A DNA stretch of 63,990 nt, filler included, from Phoronis australis (Eukaryota; Animalia; Phoronida): assembly GCA_002633005.1 (NCBI GenBank). It is 5 parts of 5 records of this genome, joined end to end, with 100 filler letters (N's around TTAATTAATTAA, not from the genome) between each part and the next. Parts side by side here need not be neighbours in the genome. Positions count along the whole stretch, not along the records: positions 51,771 to 63,990 come from NMRA01001271.1; 4 more parts are not named here. One strand, written 5' to 3'. The notes beneath the pieces are model-generated. The model was not told where the DNA came from and did not search any database. It was given only the letters and a program-made list of their open reading frames with translations. Made by a program: the position numbers and the translations under genes. Positions 53,084-63,990 of the stretch are shown here, one piece after another. Within the stretch, counting starts at the first letter, position 1. Each line of letters begins with the position of its first letter.

Positions 53084-55068
53084 TTGGGTCGATATTTGGG
53101 ACAGTTTCATGTAAATTGGCACAGACACAACTGCTTGAATCTAGAACGTCTTCAAGATGTGAATTTTCGAAAGAAAGATCTACTAATTTCTCCATTTTAT
53201 TTTAAAACTAAGTTTGTGTGATAAAAGCTTACATAATTTATTGTTAATTAATTGATATTAACACCTGGAATATTGGGGGAAGAAAGCTATCTCTGCCCCC
53301 AACCTTTCAATTGGCTGAGGGGCACCCCCACTCCTATCTCTTCTTCAGCAGATCCATTTGATGTTTATTACATTCCTAACCCCCCTGGACAAAATCCTAC
53401 AGGCTCGTGTTTTTTGTTTTTAATATTTTAAACAAAGGCACTTCACTGACAATTTTGAATTTGACAAACTAAGATCGGCAATAGTGAATGACTTGCGTAC
53501 TTCGTCGGCCCACACACACCCGCTAGGTGTCGCCACGGTCCATGACACAATAATGGCGGCGGCCTTGGTGAATAGTCTTGTTAGCGTCTTTGCCCCAACT
53601 GTGCTTCACTCCTTGTTCAAGGCTTAAAATAGCTAGTGTCACGCACTATCGTGACGCGCTTTGCTCAGTCTCGCGCTAGCCTTTGCCTAACGCGCGTGAC
53701 TCAGTGGACATACTTTGGGTAATGGTGCGCGCGGTGAAAAAGTCAACGGATACCAAAAATGTGGAGTTGAAATTCTTCGGCAAAATCACCTCAATCTCAT
53801 AACTAAGCAGCTAGCTTCATCGAAGATATGTATAGAAGTAAAATAAATGGATCCATGAAGAAAGGAAGCGTTTTTTTAAGTGATAGGTTTAAGTGTGGAA
53901 TGTATTTTTTTGACGATGTGAAACTCAAAATCAGTGGCCGGATATGGCTAGACGAAATGGTGCAGAAAGCAATGGGAACTTATTTTAGCACCTAACCGGC
54001 CAACCGAGGGTCTACGTGTTGACTAGCCCCTGTCCTACCAGCGCCGTTGATAACCTTTATACCTCGCCGACGGGTCTCATCCCCAAAGCAGACAGCGATT
54101 GTCACAACTGAGATATCCCACTTATACCCAGGGAAGTGGTGAAATGGCGAGGGATTGGTTTGGGTTTGAGAGATCATTAGAATTGAAAGAAATCGGCCGT
54201 TAGAAAAGCCATCTGTGGCTACAAATAATAGATAAGGGAAGTATCGTTTGTGGAGGACAATTAACGACGAACGGGAAGGAGTCTACTAGGTATAATCTTG
54301 TCTAATTAGGAAAACTTACGAGTGAATGTACTGTTGCTTGAGGCTGGGCCAACAGGAAGCTGGAGAGAAGAAACAAACAGTGCAACCATCGGACTTGGTA
54401 GGAACTAACCAGGAGTTAGATATGAAGCATGAAGGGCTGTATAACGGCATTTGCCCAAATAATAGGATTTATGTCACACTGTCATAAATCTCATTATTTC
54501 GGTATGTGTGCCTACGTCTTGTAGGGTTTCCAAAAGACGAGGAGGGGAGGGAAGTTAAAAACAGTTAGCTTCCATGCCAGATACATTTCTCATCATAACT
54601 TAGTCATCTATAATTCCTCAATCACCTAATGGAATTTCCGATTTTGTTTGCCGATTTCTAAGCAGACGTCTCGTCTCGTTCACTGCCGCTGGTGAACTCT
54701 GAATGCTTGCACAAGTATTGTTTTTAACTCACGTGCCAAATGTCAACTCACTTGATACATCCCGGTAAAATACAAAGATGCAGTATCAAAGTTTGACATC
54801 AGTGTAGGCCTACACAGCAATGGGTTTTATGTCAAGACTAAATTAGCTACAGAGATGTGATGTGATGTGATAAGCTGTTACACATTTCAGACATTTTCGG
54901 GACTGGGTGAGGAAGTCAAGAAGTAAACCCTAATAATTGCCAAATGTATCAAAGAAATGGCATAAGAATATTCATTGAAACGAACACTCAGAATTCCACG
55001 TTATAGACATACTTTTGTAGTTGTAGCGACAGCAGACGATAATGTAGGCCTAGTTCCTGGTGGGAAAA

Positions 55069-56035
55069 GGTAGCCGCTCATCCAAAACCTTTACGGCAAG
55101 CAGATGGCACTGGATGCAGTGATGCTTTACTAACAGGCAGCGCTGCTTACAGTCATGTGACATTCTTGTGTGAACTGGATCTTGACCCAGCACCTTGACC
55201 TACATTCTACAGCTACTGACGTCACATCGCCGCTGTGACAATGTGAAATGATGAGCTCAGTGCTTCACTCTTTGTTTACACCGTCAGCTGTTATTAATCA
55301 TGGCCACAAACATGTTCATAGTGCATGGTTCAGTTCGTTAAATAGATACTATATAAGTTGAAACCGCTCTCTTTTGCCTTAGTGTTGATAGAACATAAAA
55401 TATTACAGACGTTTTTACATGTACTTGGTGAACCATCAGCTGCCGTGCCGTGCCACGGCCAGTCCGGTCTGCTGGGCTCAGTGTTGATGGCTAACGAGAC
55501 ACTGAACGAAAAAGAAAATATCGCAAGAGAATAAAACTCAACATGTATATCACCATGTATAATTCAAGCATAATTTAAAAAATATAGTGGTTATATTTCA
55601 ACCTAATTAAAATTATGGTTGTTGAGTTGCCGAAATCACGCCGGGCGGAAAAGTGGCCGGGCCCGGTTTAGTAGCCTCACGTTCATTGAATATATATTTT
55701 ACCCCAGCGTTTAGGCCGAGCAACCACAACAGCGTAGATTATTAACCCTTTCATCTTAATTATATGTTATACATAGTTATTACAAATAGGGGTTTTAAAC
55801 ATGGAATGTCGGACACAAAGATTTCTTTTCCACACAAATTCGCCACTCATCAGGACATACACTGTCTGGTTCATGAACTCTCGTGACCTGTGGCTACAGT
55901 CAGCAGCAGCAGAATGTAGATCAAGATGCTTGGTTAAGATTCTCTGGCAGACAGTCTTATTTGAGGGATACAATGACACGGGATTTATGAGAAGCGCCAT
56001 CTGTTTGCCGTAAAGGTTTTGGATGAGCGGGTACC
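55069..56035. mobile_element. Non-autonomous TIR element without TSD, Spy-like
   Basis: ~42-bp TIRs GGTA(G/C)CCGCTCATCCAAAACCTTTACGGCAA(G/A)CAGATGGC, flanked by AAAA on the left and TTTT on the right. Confidence 0.75.
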
Positions 56036-56687
56036 TTTTGCTTCTTGGGGTGGTCTATTCCAATAGCGAGCTATGAATCAGCGCGGCTTTGCGTGATCTT
56101 GCACATCACATCATAAAGAGTTCCATAGCAACTCGAGTATGAGTGTCAGATTTGAGAGTCTACTCGAAATACGATATTAGACACGCTTTTTTTAATACGA
56201 CTCCAGTGAGCACGATTTTGAGTATGAAATCTCGAGTATCAATATGAGTCTGAGTACGGAGATTGGAGACCGGGCCCAGGTCATAGCTCGCATGTGAAGT
56301 AATTGACCCAAGAGGTTTTTGCCTCACAATGTGGGGAAGTGATTGCCTCACACGTTGCATTTCTTTTACCCCTTGAGCGTAAGACCTCTGAGCGGAATGC
56401 AGGTGATTATGACCTAAGTGTTTTTCCGAATACCCCTTGTGGCCATTTTGCTCCTTGTAACTGTCATGTCAAGTACGTATTTTAGAGCGGAATAATTTAC
56501 CTATTAAATAGAAAGTTTCAAATTTCTTTCCTGTTGTTACATGTAGATTGTTGTTCTTTAAACGCTGAGGTACAGTAGGCGGTGCTGAAACAAAAGGCTG
56601 AGACACAACTTTTAGGACAGAGTGAACCCGTGTGCTCTGTGGTGGCTTGAGATTAACATGCAACCGAAACTCGCTCTTTACTTCAAG

Positions 56688-56831
56688 GTTTCGACGTAGA
56701 TCAGATAGATTGTCGCAAGAAGAAGTCCGCCGGCAGGTGCAATCCCTCGAACCGAAATTTCAACTGGATGAAGAGAAATTGCGCCAAGACTTGTGGAAAA
56801 TGTGGGAAACTGCCTGGTGGCATGAACCCAG
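56688..56831 (+). CDS. Exon encoding an ShK/ShKT domain (gene unknown)
   Basis: Frame absent from the ORF track: (C/G)FDVDQIDCRKKKSAGRCNPSNRNFNWMKRNCAKTCGKC fits the ShK pattern C-x-D..C..GxC..WMxxNCxKTCGxC; acceptor CTTCAAG|, possible donor CAG|GTGCAG. Boundaries approximate. Confidence 0.75.
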
Positions 56832-56964
56832 GTGCAGTTGAGGTGTTCATTTCATACGTCGCACACCAATGTGGCGCTGTTAAGATCTAAAAGTGCTCTT
56901 TGTTGTAATTCATCATCATTTCACGTAAAGTAGTATTAAGTAAAAAACAAGAGATCACGTTTCT

Positions 56965-57591
56965 GTCTATTACTGGAATTAAAACTTACAAAAATTAGCG
57001 ACGTTGCGTCTGGATCTCACGGACTTCAGCTTGGCTTGTGACGTTATCGATACTCTGGCCAATTGGTGGCGTTTTGGGTAAACGGCGCGGCATTGACGTC
57101 AGTACACTATCCCATACGTGTGTCAAATCGAATCGTAAACCGCCTCTTTTTTTAAAGAGGGACTCTCAATGCGCTCGTGGAGAGCTTCCTTTCCACCCCT
57201 TTTGAACCATTCTTCTTCGCAGTCTAAGATAGTAACATCATGCGTATTGAAATCATGTCCAGTAGGGCACGTGTGGCTAAAAATAGCCGAATCATAAGTG
57301 TCCCTGTAACTAGGACGACAATATTGTGACATACGCATTTTAATGGACTGTTTCGTTTCACCAATGTAACTGTCTGAGCACTGGGATCCTTACACCTGAC
57401 ACCATAGACAACACATGATTTATTCACTTTGGGGGTCTTGTCCTTGACATTAACCAGTTGGCTGCGGAGAGAATTAAAGGGTGTGTGGATAATAGAAATG
57501 TCAAACTGCTTAAATGTTCTCTTGAGGCGGACAAACAGACCCTGGACGTCAGAAATCACCACACGAGTAGCAGAACTAACAGTAGTGGTTG
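56965..57591 (-). mobile_element. Penelope-like retroelement 3' fragment (GIY-YIG endonuclease), left arm
   Basis: NSLRSQLVNVKDK..VVYGVRC../YIGETKQSIKMRMSQ..SAIFSH..ILDCEEEWFKRG.KEALHERIESPSL; frameshifted. Confidence 0.9.
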
Positions 57592-58116
57592 CCTTTAATT
57601 CTCTCCGCAGCCAACTGGTAAATGTCAAGGACAATACCCCCAAGGTAAAAAAATCCTGTTTTGTCTATGGTGTCAGGTGTAAAGATCCCCGGTGCTCAGC
57701 TAATTACATTCATTTTTGTTGAAACGAAACAGTCCATTAAAATGCGCATGTCACAACATCTTCGTCCTAGTTACGGGGACAGTTAAGATTCGGCTATTTT
57801 TAGCCACATTTGCACCACTGGATATGATTTCAAAACGGATGATTTAACTATCTTAGACTGTGAGGAAGACTGTTTTAAAAGGGTTGTAAAGGAAGCTCTC
57901 CATGAGCGCATTGAGAATCCCTCTTTAAGTAAAAGAGGCGGTTTACGATTCGATTTGTCACACGTATGGGATAGTGTACTGACGTCAATGCCGCGCCGTT
58001 TACACAAAAAGCCACCAATTGGCCAGAATAACGATGACGTCACAAGCCAAGCTGAAGTCCGTGAGATGCGGACGCAACTTCGCTAATTTTTGTAAGTTTT
58101 AATTCCTGTAGTAGAC
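57592..58116 (+). mobile_element. Penelope-like retroelement 3' fragment, right arm (inverted copy)
   Basis: Reverse complement of 56965-57481 with scattered differences; same GIY-YIG motifs, with stop and indel. Confidence 0.9.
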
Positions 58117-61100
58117 TCAAGCTTGACCTGTTTTCTCAACTGGGTGTCTCAAATTTTTCATGATTTTGATAAGACAATGTTCGGTATTAAAATGTATTAA
58201 AATGTTTCGACCGGCATGATACTGACGTTCGTCCTTTTACATGTACTTGTTTTTAACCGTCAGTAACACAACGATATCTTAACACCTATCTTAATTAATG
58301 GATAATCGATTGAAGTTTCACTCGTGAAGTGGGACACAGATTGCTTCACTTGCTGCATTTCTTTTACGTTCTATAACGGCGAGGTGAACTAATGGTTTTG
58401 AAATTTACATTTGTTTGCACATAAAATTAAATTCTTGCATCACCTGACAGCATCAAATTCGTCTGGATGAACCTTTGTTTCCCACGATTCCTTTTTAAAT
58501 CTTAATTCTAGTGTATCATCGCTTTTACTAACGTATGAAATGTTGTGTGGGGCTAACAGTACCGTTTTGACACAAAGCCTGAAAGTCGAAGATCCGCATC
58601 GATCAGCAGTCCTAAAATTAATTTGGTTTAAATGTCGTGATTTTTACTCTAAAGCTTTGTTCAGCTATTGGTCAAATCCCCCGTTTCACATTTGAAAGCA
58701 ACGCGCAGTGAGCATGAGCGGCCCTAAGCCGTAGACTCGAGGTAAAGAGTGAATGTATGTGAGTAAATGTGCGGTCATGATCATTGCAGGGGAGTATTCA
58801 AATACATGTTGGCGTTATGTAAACGGTTGGGGTTTAACAGCCTAATCATTCACCAAAAAGTCTTTCGTCTTTTTCGAAAGAATTGCATATGGGCAACTAC
58901 TGGTGTCGTCGTTGCCTGGAAGGGTAGGAAATGTATGACTTCGGTGACAGTATTTCCCGTGCTACGAGTTTTCAACAGGTGAGATTGTGAACGAGGGTGG
59001 ACTTAAATGAGACATGATTAGTTGTTTAGAATAAGGTTTTGTCTTCTTGTGGGCCATGAAAAAACGTGTCATTAGATGTGAAAACAGTATAAAGCATTAT
59101 TAAGCATGTCGTTTTTATGTTCTGTTTACTTATAGAAAACTCCCCCTATGGATATGCAGTGAATACGCTTAGACAACTTGTTTGCGAAGCAGAGCACTGT
59201 CACGTGAGGACATGGAATGAAAGTGAGCAATATAATACATCGATGACTTATTGTTACATCCAAAGACGTGTCAACTTAAAGGAGCATTTAAAGTATTTGT
59301 CAACAAATTTAATCACACGTTCCTATATTGAAGACGTTTTAAAAATGATATACATTTTGTTATTGTTTCTATGTTAACGCTTAAACTATGAGCGCGTTCA
59401 TAAATGAACCAGGCAGAAAGCGAAAAATTCCAAGACATTTTGTGGGAAGAACGTACATGTAGTTGATCACACAGGCTTTAGGCCGCCTTTTGTTTTCTCA
59501 AAACGGCACGAGTTGGATTCCATGGAAACGGACTGTTTCTGTCAGGTTTTGGTCTGATACCAGTAAAATTTTATGATAATTTTGAACAATGGCATTGAGT
59601 TTTGCACGTATCGTTTCCAAATTCAAATGGGTTTAACTTCCTCAATTAACGTGAATGTGATTTATATGTGTGCGGATGCGTGCGTCCGTGCGCGCGCGCG
59701 TATGTGTGTGTGTGTTTACTCATTTTAAAAGTGAAGTGCTGTTCAGAGCAGGCAAAAATACCCAGGGGAATAGTAAATTAAATGTCACGGATTGGAGCCA
59801 TGCTATGCACTTTAATTACCATTGGGTTAATAAACAAAACAGTGAAGTCCAAGCTCATTTTACTTTAAGTGGGGGAATACAGGTGCCTTAGTTTGGGGAT
59901 AAACCAAGCCAAATGGTTATTTGCAATGCATGATAAAGAATTACTGTTGCACAAGTTAATAATTTGTTTATACTGTTTTAATAAAGCGAGTCTTTCAATT
60001 CATCAAGATGTTAAACAATTCTCATAAACTTTGCCGTTAAGTTCGAAATTTCTGGCTGAAATTATAGCGGGATCAGATGCTAGCAAATGGTAGCGATTTT
60101 CCCACCCATTGAGCCCGCATTGTATAATCGCAGCTGGTGCAACACTGATCAACACCAGATTTGTACATAAGATGTTTCTAATCGTCTGGCAGTGAGTCTC
60201 ACAAGCTTGTGACAACCACCTTAGTGCAAATTACATGAAATAGTGATGCCTTTTTGGAACACTATTGCACCAGTGATGTACATGGTTTGGATTCAGAAAC
60301 TTTTTGATTAATAATTAGTTTTGTTTAATAAAACATACGCATTTTCTAACTTTTTTCCACTTTCACGTTTTCGTGAAACATTTAATCAATAATAGGCGTC
60401 ACTTCAAAGGTAACAAGGTGGTTCCGATCATGCCTTGCAGCGTTCATTGGATTTAAGTTTCATGACTGTTGTGATGAAGTGGGCGGGAACTCGAAATAAT
60501 ACCCAACGGGGACACAGGCGAAGTGCTCTTCGCATGTGAAATCTATCGTCAATCCTTCGATGCAGCATAAAAACCTGAAAATGTGGAATTAGGTGGAAAT
60601 CACGTAGACTGTGGAAATATCCATTACCTGGCATTAACTCCGGTGCCAAGCCTAAAGTGGAGATTTCGGTTGAAATTTCCAAAATCGACTTACTGCAACA
60701 AAAGTACGTGATCATTCTCCATTGGCATGGTGAGTAGTGCTTTGTTTGAATGTGAAGTTATTACATTGTGGTAGTATTTTGGTGGTAATAGCCAGTTTCT
60801 AAGGACGTGGCTGATGGTGTAACCCAGCAGCCCGAACGCTCCCCATTGTGGTGGGCAGTTGCCGAATTTGGCGGGCAACATTTACCACGGTTGGTGCGCC
60901 GGCAGATACATGTAGGCTAACTCCAGAAAAATTCTCAACGGACGCTATGCACCCTAGTGGTTCCCAACTCAATAGCCACTTCTGTCTAGTGGACTTCCTT
61001 GGCACGGCGGGCGAACCCGCCTAAATTACAGCTAATGGCAGTAACTGGTTTGCCTTTCAGGAAATTCACAAAACGACTGACCACGCATGTAATTTAAAAA

Positions 61101-61929
61101 TGTAACAACAGATATCAACCAGCAGTGTTACTTGTTTTTAAACAGTCTAGAAGCAAACCTTTTTATTCGTGTCCACAGTAGGCCTGCTTCACTGTGAACA
61201 ATTGATGAACAGTCTTAAGCTGCTAAGTGAAATGATAAATGTATACCTGTCATTTGGCAGTTGTTGAAGTCTAGGCTAGCCTAAGGTCAATGTCATGTGT
61301 TAGTTGTCAGTTTAGTGCAATAGTATGTGATAAAGTCGTCTAGTGGCGACATGTCGCAAACGGAAAATGCAACATCTCCTTGGCTGTCACTTTTGAATGA
61401 CCGTTAATTGCCTAGGGCCAATCAGTTGTGTCAGTTGTACGTATAGTGCGATATTATGCGCAAACTCGTCTACTGGCCACGCGCTGCAAGCGGAAGTGCA
61501 ACATGTCATTTGGCTTTCACTTTTGAATTTAATTCCCATTATTTTGGCCATACTTCTTGTTTTTAGTTCTTTATAGGAAGTATGGTTAATATTAGTATTG
61601 AAGAACGTTGAGGTCATACCACTCTAAATTCCAACTTTAACAGAAATCCTGCACGTCACAGTATCTTTTCATTTCAGCTATCAGTGAATTACATGATTCT
61701 TGAAATCACAGTGTGACATTATGTGCTAGGAATCTTAATATGTTGACTTTTAGGGCTTGGATATCCTCTTAATGTGCAAAGCAATCCGGCCAAACTGGCA
61801 AAATAAAACATGAACCAACAGTGTTTGTTCAGGTTGAGTTAATATACATGTACTTGGTGTCGCTTTATATATTGCATCCATGGGTCAAATGAACCATCTC
61901 AGCTAAAATCAATGAATCACTCAGAAGTA

Positions 61930-62160
61930 GTAACACCTCTAGTGCATGGCTTGGTAGTGAGAGGTTCTGCAAAAGGAGTATGTTTCTCCGAGAGTGTCAT
62001 AAATAACCCCACTGTCATTTTCCAGACCCCACAAGAACTGCTCAGGCGATGTTGAAGGATAAGCAGTTTAGGGAGCTAGACTGGCTGACACCACTGCAGG
62101 TTAAAGGTTTCCTTTCACGCTTGGCTGCCGTGACCCTTGCTGGGAAGTTGAAAATTATGA
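61930..62160 (+). mobile_element. Sola3-like transposase C-terminal remnant
   Basis: PLVHGLVVRGSAKGVCFSESV then DPTRTAQAMLKDKQFRELDWLTPLQVKGFLSRLAA resembles the recalled GWALK..RF..DP..VA..M..F...WLT..QI..FFSR motif; family label from memory. Confidence 0.45.
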
Positions 62161-62554
62161 AGAGACAGAGGTTAACAGTTTTCTCTAGGAAGACTTCAGA
62201 TTTCAGCTTCGCCGGAAGATTGTGCAACATATGCCTAAGTGGTTTATCCACTTGTAATTGATGTGATATGGTAGCAACTGAGGCAGATGCAAAATGCAAT
62301 AAAGCAGCACGTGCTTCGATTTTTTCAGGCAAAGCATAAGTGGGTGTTAGTGAAAACAGGATATTTAGTCTGTGTTCTGGGCGGCAGTTCGTTGTGAATT
62401 TTTTTAAACTCTTTGTGCTCTCTTAAGTTTTATTGAGAGATGCTGCTGTTTCAGTTTTCAAATTCAATTCACAATACACTCAACCTAACTTAACTAAAAA
62501 GCAATGACTTATCGCAATGTTGACATTAAGTACAATCCAAAGGGAAGGTCGTGC

Positions 62555-63110
62555 ATCTGTATTTTGAAAGGTTAACTTGTGGAGTTTAATACGCGAGCCA
62601 ATTGCATTTAGATCAGTAAACGCATTTACATAATTGGGTATTCTGTACGCTACTTTATACAAATTGATTGGATAGCAAGTGTTAAACCAGATAACAGTCA
62701 CATTAAATATCATTTTTGACTTAACAGTGGTCCAACGTTGTTTAAGCAGATTGACAAGTTACGTTTATGGTATACGATGGCGATTTAAGCGAGGTCACCT
62801 GTCATTTGGAAAGGCTAACAATGGGAATGTCATACTTGTGTTAGTTCACTGGCATAGTCGTTTTTGGTTTTTGCTATGCTACTTTGTGTTAATTAACTTT
62901 GTGATAAGTGTTTACCCAGATTCTAGTCGTATTAAATATCATTTTTGAGTATAAAGTTATCTAACATTTATATATAAGCCGACGAATTATGTGTTCGGTA
63001 TGGGATGACGAGGTAAAAGAGTTCAACTGTATTTTGAAAGGTTAACAATGGGAGTGTCATATTTTAGCCAGTTCAATAGCATTTAGATCAGTTGCCGCAT
63101 TTAAATACAT
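62555..63110. repeat. Degenerate ~230-240-bp tandem repeat (~2.5 units)
   Basis: TATTTTGAAAGGTTAAC-like at ~62559, ~62802 and ~63029; TAAATATCATTTTTGA at ~62704 and ~62933; GCATTTAGATCAGT twice. Confidence 0.7.
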
Positions 63111-63990
63111 GTATCTCAAAGGTGATTTGGCTAGAGAAAACGTTGGTAGTCTTGCTATTAAAGCGACAAAAAGACTTAGTGATTACAACGCAATAATATA
63201 TTTGTAACTCAAAACTGTTTCAAAGTTTATATACTGTATATAGTGAGTCTACTGAGAAGTCGTGGAGAAACTTTGGTGACAATAAAATACATGTACTTGT
63301 GTGGTAGTAATGGTCGTGATACTGAAAGCAGTCTTTATCATCTTCACTTCATGACCTCTGTAGTTGGAAATCTAATAATGCCTCCAACAGGTGACTTTCT
63401 ATAGTAAAGTAACGGCTGATCACGTGGGACCAGATACCATTGCCCTTTGGATGGCTACGAAGTAATTTCACTTTTTGAACTTTTCACAGCTAGTCGCGCA
63501 CGCTTAGTCAACTATGCTCCACTGTCGCAGACGAAGTGATCCGGTTCCATGTGTCCCCAGTGCTTCGTATAGTTACAGCACGTTGTATACAGACAGCACA
63601 GTGATAACAATAGCCAGACTACTCCAAACGGTGAAATTATTTGGGCCGTGTCGTCTACGCAACGCCCCCAGAACCCTAGCCACCAGTCGTTTTTTTTTTC
63701 CTTTCCCTTGCCAACTGCCGTTGTTGGGGTCCCATTATCCCTCATTTAACAAGCCCATACGTGTTAAAATGTGAAACATTAGAACCCTTACTGATCGTGT
63801 ATCTGTATAAAATTGAAGGTTCAAGCAAAACCATTTGTCTCACTTTTAGAAGAGCAAATGCCCAGATGCATGCTTTAAGATTTGTCTTTTCTGAAATACT
63901 TTTAAGTATAAGTCTCTTCTTGGATGTCCTTAAGCGCAATGTTTGGCATATTTTGTGAATAAACACAATGAATTGATACTTTGCACTTTT

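Noticed and set aside
53992-54300. Possible DIRS reverse transcriptase remnant (NPSPFHHFPGYKWDIS)
   Set aside because: One weak motif only; no catalytic YxDD visible.

Overview
AT-rich, repeat-dense DNA from a non-vertebrate animal (spliceosomal introns, many transposon relics), not prokaryotic. Four 100-bp spacers (44 N + TTAATTAATTAA + 44 N) split the window into five blocks whose adjacency is probably artificial. Recognisable host genes are the 5' exons of BRAT1 (+, 2522-7879, cut by a spacer), the last two exons of OGG1 (-, 26564-29951), an intronless P-loop sulfotransferase-like gene (-, 45255-46565/46862) with a disrupted partial duplicate beside it, and an isolated ShK-domain exon (+, ~56688-56831). 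The rest is TE debris: Gypsy LTR/PBS/gag start, a SAP+YqaJ exonuclease element, Academ, Sola3-like, THAP and LINE fragments, a head-to-head Penelope pair with a variant hammerhead motif, and MITEs whose ends resemble EnSpm, IS3EU, Spy and 5-bp-TSD hAT types, plus mini/microsatellites. All family assignments are motif recognition by eye, without database searches. I see no convincing wholly new biological system; the best leads are the sulfotransferase-like locus, the Penelope hairpin/ribozyme variant and the rare TE types.
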